64,000 bases of DNA from a virus, in the IMG/VR virus record IMGVR_UViG_3300003320_000492, one strand, 5' to 3'. Both the position numbers and the translations under genes were made by a program. This document shows, piece after piece, positions 49,781 to 57,882 of the stretch; the stretch's first letter is position 1; each line of letters starts with the position of its first letter. The notes beneath the pieces were generated by a model, which was not told where the DNA came from, did not search any database, and saw only the letters and a program-made list of their open reading frames with translations.

Positions 49781-50128
49781 TAGCACCGTAGGGATTCGAA
49801 CCCTGTATCTCCGTCCGTCGCGGTAGTAGCCGAGACAAGTCAATCGGCATCACGCGCCCTGATCGATCGGCGGAAGTGATCTGTAGTCAAGAGTTACCAG
49901 CGGACACGGTGAGCTTGCTAAGCTGGCCGATTTTCTCATACGCGGGAAAGACCGTCGGTGATCATGCGCTGGTTCCACTCGGATTTTACCCGCGTGCTCT
50001 CATACGCCTCTGCCGAACCCCATACACCCGTGTGGGTTTAAGGTATCGTCTGACTCTGGTACGTGTCATGGAAGTGCTCTTGAGTTATTCGCACCGTACC
50101 CGCTGTGCGGGCGGCCCGTGTGGGCGCT
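49781..50128 (-). ncRNA. GC-rich structured element ending in a tRNA-like T-arm and acceptor (about 350 nt)
   Basis: 3' end CAGGG-TTCGAAT-CCCTA-CGGTGCT-A. The best 5' partner, AGCGCC(C), is at 50122-50128. No convincing ORF. Many local GC hairpins. Confidence 0.3.
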
Positions 50129-50177
50129 GCGGTGTTACGAGAAAAACATTACGCGGACCCCTGGCAAACACCTATGA

Positions 50178-50499
50178 CCCAGGTCACAACTACCCTTTTT
50201 GATCTACGTTTTCCCAGGTAGATTGGCCTGAGTGAGCCCGGTCACACTAGTCTTGGAGCAAGGGGTTTGGTGCCCGATTTACCCCATTCCACAGTAGACT
50301 AGCCACAAGATCATGTGTCCAGATTGTCTTAAAAAGTCTAGTAAAAAAGTGGTCCCGGTCACAGACAACTAGGCATTAGTTAAGGTGTAACTTGTCCTAA
50401 AAAGTCTGGTAATTTTAGTGACTCCGGTCACAGACAACTAGTCTTGTGTTCAGTGGTATTTGTCCTAGTTTGACCAGGCAAAATGTAACCCAGGTCACA
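50178..50499 (+). repeat. iteron-like CC(C/A)GGTCACA repeats (5 direct copies)
   Basis: Copies at 50178, 50237, 50354, 50423 and 50489. Inverted variants at 50471 and 50637. The same CCCAGGTCAC forms the stem of the 3697 terminator. Confidence 0.7.
50324..50441 (+). repeat. two tandem-ish ~49-bp direct repeats
   Basis: TTGTC(T/C)TAAAAAGTCT(A/G)GTAA...(T/C)CCGGTCACAGACAACTAG at 50324-50372 and 50392-50441. Confidence 0.75.
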
Positions 50500-50861
50500 A
50501 AAGTTCAAGATCCGTAAAGATGGTTGCCAGTGGAGAGCTCAGACATTTGTGGTGAAACGGACTAATAGGCTGCCCTTTGTGACTGACCTCATACTCCTAG
50601 TTTATAGGGGTGAACCGTGCCAGCACAGACAAGTCAGTGACCAGGGCAAACACAAACCCGGTACTGGCAGTGTAGACCTCTGTAACTCAAAAGTTGATCT
50701 ACGTTTCCCCTGGTCAGAAGCTGGTAATTTACCCAGGAGCGATTTTCCTGAGATTTTGCCTCAGACCCTAATACGAGTAGGGGCTTAAGTTGATCATCGA
50801 GAAAATCCCTCCTACAAAACCACAGGTTAGCCTAACCTTTCCTCAGATCGCTGGCACCAGA

Positions 50862-50913
50862 GATCTAGAACTGTGATCCAAAGAGTTCTAGAACTGTTAG
50901 TGAAGAGTTCTAC
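50862..50913 (+). promoter_or_regulatory. repeated palindromic operator-like sites (AGTTCTAGAACT)
   Basis: GATCTAGAACTGT (50862), AGTTCTAGAACTGT (50884) and partial AGAGTTCTAC (50904), about 140 nt upstream of the first rightward gene. Confidence 0.5.
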
Positions 50914-51052
50914 ATGGTGGCACGGCAGGGTCCATTCATACTTAGACATAGGAGATCTATGAGATCCCCTGCGCGTGCGCGCGAGAGTAGTCCACACTGG
51001 ACAGTCCCATGTGGACGATCTAGATAGGACTATGCAAAAGGGAGGTGCCAAA

Positions 51053-51295
51053 ATGGCGCACAAGTGTAAGCGACCACAATCGGGTCATCAGGTTTGTGCT
51101 GAACACATGCTAACGAAAGACGGACTTCGATACCGTTTTAAGAAGCAAATGAGAGACACCTTCGCTGTTGAAGAATTGGTGGAAATGCAGGAATTGATGA
51201 ATGCAACAATGCTTCCTGCTGATAAATCGATTCCCCTCGATGATCGGCCACACTCACTCATTGAGCGAATTGCAAGAGGAGGGGTAGCAACGTAA
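51053..51295 (+). CDS. hypothetical protein
   Basis: ATG preceded by AAGGGAGGTG (MAHKCKRPQSGHQ...). First gene of the rightward block. Confidence 0.55.
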   Translation: MAHKCKRPQSGHQVCAEHMLTKDGLRYRFKKQMRDTFAVEELVEMQELMNATMLPADKSIPLDDRPHSLIERIARGGVAT

Positions 51296-52858
51296 ATGAT
51301 CTATATCGATGTTTCTCATTACGATTGGGATCGTAATGGTGGAAACTTGAATTGGAAGTTGATTAAGGCTTCTGGAATCGATGTAGTAATTATTCGAGCT
51401 TCCTATGGCGATCCGCAGATTTACAGCCCACAGACACGCTATTTCAAAGAAATGGCATTAGCTGCTAAAGCAGCAGGATTAAAGGTGGGCGGTTATCATA
51501 ATTTAATTCATGGTGATCTAAACAGCATTAAACGACAGGTTATCTATTTCAAAGGTGAATTGGATTCGGTAAAAGCTGATTATGCCATGATCGATGTAGA
51601 GCCATATGATGCTCTCAGACAGAATGACTTATGGCCTAGGCTTTCTGATGCAGAATTATTTGCACAAGAGTTTTCTAATCTAGACACTCGAAAGCTTATG
51701 GTCTATCTTCCAAAATGGGTGTGGCAAAACTGGTTACAGAGTCCGGATTTGCAGCCGCTAATGGGAATTGCACGTGGTCCTCTAGTTTCTTCCAATTATC
51801 CCATTGGAACCAATGGAGTACCATTCAATCAACTATACGAGCAAACTGGTGGTGACAATGGTGCCGGATGGGCTTCCTATGGAAATGTCACACCTGAATG
51901 TTGGCAATATAGTTCAAAAGCAATGGTTCCTGGCGCAAGCTCAACTACGGATGTAAATGCTTACAAAGGAACCTCAGAGGAGTTTGATACTAGAATGGCT
52001 TGGGTACTAACCAAAAATATGCAAGCATTCCGGGATCAGATGAATGAATTCTTTCCTAATCGTGATAAGACTAGTGACGGAACCATTGGTGATTATGCTC
52101 ATACTCAGGAAAAGAGTGGGCATAATCCAGATGATACGTCAGAGCACAACGCAGAATGGGATTCTGATTCCGATACCAAATCCGAGGTCAGAGCAATTGA
52201 CATTGATTCAAATACCGGAGATCCAGATGTTTCGATGGAGGATATTTTCCAGCATCTAATCGCACTTGGTAAATCTCAAGGATCGAAATTCCCGGTAAGA
52301 TACATGATTTACAATCGTCGAATCGCTCGTGCTTCTAACAACTGGGCACTAGAGACATATACCGGTGCCAGTGCTCACACCGAACATATTCATCTATCCG
52401 GAGCTTATTCCGATGCAGCAGATGAAAATTATTACAATTATCGATTGGATGAGTTAATGGCTCTAACTGATTCTGACAGACAATGGATTACTGATTTCTT
52501 TGCCCGCACTACTCGTACTGATGGTGGTGGAATTACTTCCAAAATCGGAAGAGATGCACTAGATCAGGGAATCCCTAACGGAGTAACTGGAACTTTTAGT
52601 CCAGCATGGTCTGCAATTGGCGACATTGGAAAACAAACTAAAGCAATTAGTGCAGCTTTGCAGACAGTATTGACTAAAGTAGACTTAGATCCGGCTGAAT
52701 TACAAGCGATTAAAGACACATTAGATGTGCCGACTGCGGATGAAAATGCGGCAGCCGTTGTGTCCGCTTTAGCTCAGGTTGATACTAATACATTAGTAAG
52801 TACGTTGAAAGATGGGCTTTCAGACGAGCAAATCGCTGCTCTAAAAGAAGCTTTGTAA
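51296..52858 (+). CDS. endolysin: GH25 muramidase + M15-like peptidase domain + C-terminal domain
   Basis: N-terminus IDVSHYDW...GIDVVIIRASYG (GH25). Centre DGTIGDYAHTQEKSGHNPDD...AIDID...HTEHIH (H/D/H zinc-peptidase-like). Confidence 0.85.
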   Translation: MIYIDVSHYDWDRNGGNLNWKLIKASGIDVVIIRASYGDPQIYSPQTRYFKEMALAAKAAGLKVGGYHNLIHGDLNSIKRQVIYFKGELDSVKADYAMIDVEPYDALRQNDLWPRLSDAELFAQEFSNLDTRKLMVYLPKWVWQNWLQSPDLQPLMGIARGPLVSSNYPIGTNGVPFNQLYEQTGGDNGAGWASYGNVTPECWQYSSKAMVPGASSTTDVNAYKGTSEEFDTRMAWVLTKNMQAFRDQMNEFFPNRDKTSDGTIGDYAHTQEKSGHNPDDTSEHNAEWDSDSDTKSEVRAIDIDSNTGDPDVSMEDIFQHLIALGKSQGSKFPVRYMIYNRRIARASNNWALETYTGASAHTEHIHLSGAYSDAADENYYNYRLDELMALTDSDRQWITDFFARTTRTDGGGITSKIGRDALDQGIPNGVTGTFSPAWSAIGDIGKQTKAISAALQTVLTKVDLDPAELQAIKDTLDVPTADENAAAVVSALAQVDTNTLVSTLKDGLSDEQIAALKEAL

Positions 52859-52869
52859 GAATTTCTCTG

Positions 52870-52917
52870 GCATACAGCTCACATAGGGCTCAGTCTCCCC
52901 GTGATGAGCTGTATGCC
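52870..52917 (+). other. 13-bp perfect hairpin after the endolysin gene
   Basis: GGCATACAGCTCA...TGAGCTGTATGCC. No U-tract. Part of a larger nested inverted-repeat region extending to about 53075. Confidence 0.4.
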
Positions 52918-53087
52918 TAGGGGAGAGTATTCTTTGAATTATATACCCTGGTCAGAGCATTCAGCTCATTCAGCTCATGGTTGGGAGACTGAGCTGAGCT
53001 GATCCGTATGAGCTGAGTGAATTTACTAGTCATCTGACTACTCTTGTCTGGTGCATATTGACTAGTGACTAGAATTGAAGGTAGCGA

Positions 53088-53642
53088 ATGCCTAATTTAG
53101 ATTTAAAGACATTGAAACCGGGCGATGTTATTGTAACGGAAATGGGAGTCTGGATTATCAGAATGCTGATTATTTTTCAGGCTTTTTTGACCCGGAAAAT
53201 GAAATATCGTCAAGGTGGTCATATTATTGTATTCACTCATGTGGATGCTGAAGGCCGTTATTGGGGAATTGAAGGACGCCCAGGCGGAGTTGGCTGGGCA
53301 CAACTAGATAAGCGAAATGGTAAATGGGGACTGGCTAACGTAGATCAGCCCAAGGATGCAGCACAGCGATCAAAAATTGTTGAGACCATGAAAGAATTGC
53401 TTGGTACAAAATACGATTACAGTGCTTACATTGATATTGCTCTACAGACCATTGGGATTACTAAAAACTGGACGGATTTCAGAGGAAATGAAGTTCCTAC
53501 TCATGTGATTTGTTCGGCTGTTGCAGATTATGTTTATGAAGATGTTGGGTTGGCTAATCCTGGTGGGTTTGCAATTACTCGTTTCACAACCCCAGCAGAA
53601 TGGGCTTTATTCATTGATAAGAAGCAATGGGAATCACAGTAA
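53088..53642 (+). CDS. putative cell-wall peptidase (permuted papain-fold, YiiX/NlpC-P60-like)
   Basis: The His-containing segment (QGGHIIVFTH) precedes the Cys segment (VICSAVADYVYE). Lies in a lysis-gene neighbourhood. Confidence 0.5.
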   Translation: MPNLDLKTLKPGDVIVTEMGVWIIRMLIIFQAFLTRKMKYRQGGHIIVFTHVDAEGRYWGIEGRPGGVGWAQLDKRNGKWGLANVDQPKDAAQRSKIVETMKELLGTKYDYSAYIDIALQTIGITKNWTDFRGNEVPTHVICSAVADYVYEDVGLANPGGFAITRFTTPAEWALFIDKKQWESQ

Positions 53643-53776
53643 TTTTTAAATATCGTAAAGGTTCCTGGTGGATGAAGATAGATGATAACTTTGACTTTTT
53701 ATCTCAATCCTATTTAGAATCTTTACCGCACCCTACACAGTGGACCCTAGAGCGCTACAATCGTTTTCTGAATTGA
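53627..53776 (+). CDS. small hypothetical protein (49 aa)
   Basis: MGITVIFKYRKGSWWMKIDDNFDF.... Overlaps the upstream gene by 16 nt. Below the ORF-track cutoff. Confidence 0.3.
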   Translation: MGITVIFKYRKGSWWMKIDDNFDFLSQSYLESLPHPTQWTLERYNRFLN

Positions 53777-53792
53777 ATGAAATAGGGTAGCG

Positions 53793-54074
53793 ATGTCAAG
53801 AAAAATGTGTCTGGTGTGTGGGGCAGTCAGTGATCAATCTCGATGTCCCAAACACAGAACCAATAATTCTCGTGGATATGGAAAATCTCACAGAGATTCA
53901 AGAGCCGTAGCCATGAAAATAGCCCCGTATTGTTGGAAATGTGGATGCCCAGCACGTGTCTGTAAACTTGAATGGCATCACGTAGAGCCCTTATATGGTG
54001 GCCGAAATCCTTATGCTGACGATCGTCGGCAGCTTTTATGTAAAAATTGCCATGATTCAGTGAAGGAGAGATAA
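53793..54074 (+). CDS. HNH endonuclease
   Basis: CxxC pairs plus WHHVEPLYGG...CKNCH. Confidence 0.7.
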   Translation: MSRKMCLVCGAVSDQSRCPKHRTNNSRGYGKSHRDSRAVAMKIAPYCWKCGCPARVCKLEWHHVEPLYGGRNPYADDRRQLLCKNCHDSVKER

Positions 54075-54076
54075 TT

Positions 54077-54487
54077 ATGGCTTCTGGTGCTCCTACTCCT
54101 GGTGGAATTAAGTTAAATCCTCCAGGTGGATTACAGGAATTGCGTCCAGGTGGACTTTATTCCGATAATTGGAGAGTGGTACAGGGACATCCTAATGTAG
54201 ACCCTGGTAGCCCGCTTTCTAGCTCTGGTGCGAGAGTCACCCAGACTCGTAAAGTTGTAAACGCAAGAAAGGATGCTAAAACTACTAGTATTACTTATGC
54301 TTGGACTTTGCCAACTGTCCCTGGTGGATCGACTACTGCTGTTGGTTCTATTACTGGTGGATCAACTAATACCGCATCATTTACCCCTGACGTAGCTGGA
54401 ACTTATGTATTTAGATGCGTAACTACGTTCGTAAAGGCTTCTGGTAACCAAACTATTACTACTAACTTTACATATGTGAGTGCCTAA
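54077..54487 (+). CDS. hypothetical protein with Ig/PKD-like C-terminal segment
   Basis: ITYAWTLPTVPGGSTT...FTPDVAGTYVFRCVTT resembles a PKD-type strand pattern. Confidence 0.45.
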   Translation: MASGAPTPGGIKLNPPGGLQELRPGGLYSDNWRVVQGHPNVDPGSPLSSSGARVTQTRKVVNARKDAKTTSITYAWTLPTVPGGSTTAVGSITGGSTNTASFTPDVAGTYVFRCVTTFVKASGNQTITTNFTYVSA

Positions 54488-54990
54488 TGAAAAAAGTAGG
54501 ACTGAGTTTGGCAGCCTTCTTATTGGTGCTTTTTAGTGTTTTCTCGTTTTCTACTCCTGCTTCAGCTTCCGTTACTCATGGTTGTGGAGACAACTGGGTT
54601 TGTCTTTATCAGTGGGTAAATTTTGGTGCTCCTGCGGGTGATAGAAATCCTGGCTGGGTTTCTTCATTTGCTAATTTACGTAATCAGCATTGTATTAACC
54701 TTACTCAGCCTGCTGCTTACTGGCCTAATGGCACAAAGGTCTGGGATAATTCTGCTGGACTTATTGTAAATGGTAATGGAGCTTACGGGCAGCAGGATGG
54801 AATTTCATTTTATAATTCTTTGAATTGTAATTCTTCCACAGGTGTGGTTAGCTACAATGCAAATTGGTCGCAAGCTGAACCAGATTTGCGAAATGTGCCT
54901 ATCGGTTATGGGTACACCGCTTATCACACTATTGCTAGCATTGGGTTTGTGGAAACTTGTGTTCCTGGTACGCCACCCAATGGATGTTAA
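54487..54990 (+). CDS. secreted protein, peptidase-inhibitor I36-like
   Basis: Signal peptide MKKVGLSLAAFLLVLFSVFSFSTPASA, then CGDNWVCLYQWVNFG (the I36-type C..CLY..NFG pattern). Confidence 0.5.
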   Translation: MKKVGLSLAAFLLVLFSVFSFSTPASASVTHGCGDNWVCLYQWVNFGAPAGDRNPGWVSSFANLRNQHCINLTQPAAYWPNGTKVWDNSAGLIVNGNGAYGQQDGISFYNSLNCNSSTGVVSYNANWSQAEPDLRNVPIGYGYTAYHTIASIGFVETCVPGTPPNGC

Positions 54991-55003
54991 GTGAGGGGTA
55001 AAA

Positions 55004-55135
55004 ATGGCAAATAACAGTAATCCTAATGGCGGACATGCTTCCGCTACTAAGGGCCAGAAAAAGCAGACTAAGACTATGAGCCATGGTGGCACTAAAGGTC
55101 AGTCTACTGCTGGTACTAATAACAAAAAGTACTAA
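55004..55135 (+). CDS. small Gly/Lys-rich basic protein (43 aa)
   Basis: GAGGGG upstream. MANNSNPNGGHASATKGQKKQTK...GGTKGQSTAG. Below the ORF-track cutoff. Confidence 0.4.
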   Translation: MANNSNPNGGHASATKGQKKQTKTMSHGGTKGQSTAGTNNKKY

Positions 55136-55137
55136 AA

Positions 55138-55605
55138 ATGATTCGTCCTTCAATCGAAGAGACTTTATTAGAAATCGCGGTTACAGTCTCGAAACGTGGA
55201 ACCTGTTCTAGGCGACAAAATGGGGCTGTAATCGCGGATTCTAAAGGAGTTGTGCTGAGCACTGGCTATAACGGCTCGCTTTCTGGAATGTTGCACTGTG
55301 ATCATGAATGCGATTGCATGGAGAAAATTCTTATTTTAGGAATTCATGATAATGATTGCCCAGCACATCCAAATAACGGTTGCCAATTAGCAGTTCACGC
55401 TGAGGCGAATGCCGTTTATTTTGCTGCTAGAAATGGTGTTTCGGTAAATGGAGCAACGATTTTCTGTACTACAGAGCCTTGTGTGAAATGTGCGGAAGCG
55501 ATCGTTCAAAGTGGAATTCAAAAGGTAGTATACAGACAAGATTATCGTGATCACAGTGGAATTGAGCTTCTGAAAGAGGCTTATGTGGTAGTTCAACAAA
55601 TCTAA
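55138..55605 (+). CDS. dCMP deaminase
   Basis: Zinc-deaminase motifs HAEANA and PCVKCA. Confidence 0.85.
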   Translation: MIRPSIEETLLEIAVTVSKRGTCSRRQNGAVIADSKGVVLSTGYNGSLSGMLHCDHECDCMEKILILGIHDNDCPAHPNNGCQLAVHAEANAVYFAARNGVSVNGATIFCTTEPCVKCAEAIVQSGIQKVVYRQDYRDHSGIELLKEAYVVVQQI

Positions 55606-55618
55606 GGAGATGAATTGG

Positions 55619-56377
55619 ATGGCTAAGCCTCCTGTAAATTGGAATACTGTTTCCATGCTCACTCCTGGTATGAAAAATCTAGGGAATCAAATTAATCGAG
55701 TATTCATCAATCGTGATGGAACATCGGATGGTGCTATTGGTGATTATGCGCATCAGCAAGGAAAATCAGGCCATAACCCGGATGATACTTCTCATCACAA
55801 TGCTGAATGGGATAGCGATTCGGATAATATTCCTGAGGTTCGTGCAATTGACGTTGATTCTAATTTAGGTGATGAGGTAAGCGCTCAGGCATTGGTTGAC
55901 CACATTAGAAAACTTCCAAATGTGGGCACTGTATTGAGATATATCATTTATAACAGAAAAATTTATTCGGCCAGCAATGGATGGAATCCGCAACCTTATA
56001 CAGGACCGTCCCCTCATACCGAGCATATTCACTTTTCAGGGCAGTACTCTAATGCTGCTGATTCAAATACCTCATTCAATTATAAATTGGAGGATATTCC
56101 TATGGCTCTTAATGCAGCCGATAAAACATGGATTATTCAGCAGATTAATGCGGCGGTAAGTGGCGTGAAAACTTCTGTTGGAAATCCACTTGATCTAAAT
56201 GAAAAAATTGGTGACAAGGCTAATCCTGCCCGTACTGTAGGAGATGTTTTCCGAGATCTAGCGAAATTGCGTGGTTATCTTGTAGGAGACGAAAAAGACA
56301 CTACAAATGCAGAAATTTCTTCAGATGCTCCAGTGGCAAGAGTTGTTGCCGCAGCAGACGAAACGCTAAAAAGTTAA
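55619..56377 (+). CDS. M15-like peptidase domain protein (paralog of endolysin central domain)
   Basis: DGAIGDYAHQQGKSGHNPDD...AIDVD...HTEHIH aligns with endolysin residues. The second ATG is preferred on RBS spacing. Confidence 0.7.
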   Translation: MAKPPVNWNTVSMLTPGMKNLGNQINRVFINRDGTSDGAIGDYAHQQGKSGHNPDDTSHHNAEWDSDSDNIPEVRAIDVDSNLGDEVSAQALVDHIRKLPNVGTVLRYIIYNRKIYSASNGWNPQPYTGPSPHTEHIHFSGQYSNAADSNTSFNYKLEDIPMALNAADKTWIIQQINAAVSGVKTSVGNPLDLNEKIGDKANPARTVGDVFRDLAKLRGYLVGDEKDTTNAEISSDAPVARVVAAADETLKS

Positions 56378-56605
56378 TTGACTAAAACACGAATCCTCCA
56401 CTTAGGATTCATTATTTTCTGGATTCTGATGATCGTTCCCACGCTTACGATTTGGAAGGGTTCGATTCTTTTAGTTTTATTGATGAGTTTATATGCGAAT
56501 ATCGAGGCTTCTGTTACAGCCTTTCTATCAGCAAAGCCTGTAGCAGAGCCTAAAAAGAAGAAAATCAAGGGTAGCATTGATATTTCTCATAGAGGGGTTC
56601 TATAA
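56378..56605 (+). CDS. small membrane protein (holin candidate)
   Basis: Two or three hydrophobic helices and a Lys-rich tail (KKKKIKG). TTG start as listed, so the boundary is uncertain. Confidence 0.45.
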   Translation: MTKTRILHLGFIIFWILMIVPTLTIWKGSILLVLLMSLYANIEASVTAFLSAKPVAEPKKKKIKGSIDISHRGVL

Positions 56606-56609
56606 AAAG

Positions 56610-56729
56610 ATGTGTGAACACAGGTTCAAAAAGGAATGTTATAAAAAGCGTTGTGTAGGCGCTATTGAAGAAAAGTGTGTAGAATCGTGCATTTATTGCA
56701 ATGTGAAAAGGGAGAATGTAAATAGATGA
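56610..56729 (+). CDS. Cys-rich micro-protein (39 aa)
   Basis: MCEHRFKKECYKKRCVGAIEEKCVESCIYCNVKRENVNR. Its stop overlaps the thioredoxin ATG (ATGA). Weak RBS. Confidence 0.3.
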   Translation: MCEHRFKKECYKKRCVGAIEEKCVESCIYCNVKRENVNR

Positions 56730-57001
56730 AAGTCTATGATGTATGGGCAGATTGGTGCGCTCCCTGTAAAAGATTTGCACCGATTTTTGAAAAGGTAGCA
56801 AAAGAATTTCCAGACGTGGAATTTATAAAAAAGGAAGCGGACACAGATCCGACTTTTCTTTGGCAATATGGAATTAATTCAATTCCTACGATTTTGATTA
56901 CTGATGATCAGGATCGAGTTTTATTTCAGCATGCAGGAATTCTTTCTGAGTCGATTTTCAGAAATGTTGTTTCTGCGCACTTTTTGCAGAGTCACAAATA
57001 G
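56726..57001 (+). CDS. thioredoxin
   Basis: Active site WADWCAPCKRF (WCxPC). Confidence 0.8.
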   Translation: MKVYDVWADWCAPCKRFAPIFEKVAKEFPDVEFIKKEADTDPTFLWQYGINSIPTILITDDQDRVLFQHAGILSESIFRNVVSAHFLQSHK

Positions 57002-57089
57002 AGGCTATATTTGGGTACTACTATTAATAAAAAGGCTGTATATAGGGGCTATTATTAAGCTTCTATATAAGGCTTTTCTGGTAGGGTAC

Positions 57090-57205
57090 CGCTACTATAT
57101 GTGGGGTATTAGTACACATTAGTATACACCCACTACCCTATGTGGTAGGTAGTATATGCACAGTACTACATATCTAATATAGCTATGTGATATATGTGGT
57201 AGTGA
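57090..57205 (+). repeat. TATGTGG-type short direct repeats in AT-rich non-coding region
   Basis: CTATATGTGGGG (57094), CCTATGTGGTAGG (57137), CTATGTGA (57183) and TATATGTGGTAG (57191). Confidence 0.55.
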
Positions 57206-57675
57206 TACTAATACATTTGTAGATATTAGAATAGTAATAGCTATTACATGTAGCACATAGTGAGTAGGCATAGAGGTTGATCGATGCACTAGCTCGCTAC
57301 CTCTAAGTGCTCTCCCTCTATGTCTACTCTCAATTGCATACACATAACATGCACTAAAAATATTTGAATCTTAAATTTATTTACTTTGAGTAATTTATTT
57401 TGAATTTGAAAATATTCGCGTAAATCGATGTATTTTTATGCAGAGGCTCGAATTGGAACTTTGTATCGAATGTCCGTTTTGGGAAAAGTGTCCAGCAAAT
57501 GGCTTCAAGAACGTGCCATCAACGGCGTGCACGGCCGAAAGTTAAGCTAAAATTATCCAAATAGACTGCATATTATACACATTGATTTAAAATAGATCTG
57601 AATCGATCTCAAACGACTTGGCACAATTACTTAGAGTAACACTAATTCAAAGAATTCTGGTTATAGGAGGTGAAT

Positions 57676-57882
57676 ATGTTCGAGAAGTTGGGATATAGTC
57701 CTGAAAAGGGATTACATATTTTAGATTCCAAAGAGTTAACTGATAAGGCTGATAAATACTTCCGTCGGGCAAATTCCTTCACTAATCGGGAAAATGCAGA
57801 TGAACGACTTCGATTAGCTAAAAAGGGAAAGTATCTTGCTAATTTGGCAAAATGGCGTAGACGGGAGGAAAGCGATGACTAA
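57676..57882 (+). CDS. hypothetical protein
   Basis: ATG preceded by AGGAGGTG (MFEKLGYSPEKG...). Confidence 0.55.
   Translation: MFEKLGYSPEKGLHILDSKELTDKADKYFRRANSFTNRENADERLRLAKKGKYLANLAKWRRREESDD

Noticed and set aside
49781-50128. tmRNA (ssrA) interpretation of the GC-rich element.
   Set aside because: The size and the tRNA-like 3' end fit. However, the putative acceptor lacks the G3-U70 alanine identity pair, and I found no resume codon or tag ORF ending in a typical hydrophobic tail. It is kept only as an unclassified structured element.
49876-50202. 108-aa plus-strand ORF in the control region, plus 50549..50788(+), 50827..51063(-) and the long form of 50975..51295.
   Set aside because: No RBS and Arg/Cys/Gly/Pro-rich composition, and they overlap repeats and hairpins. 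For the last gene, the RBS-supported start at 51053 was used instead.
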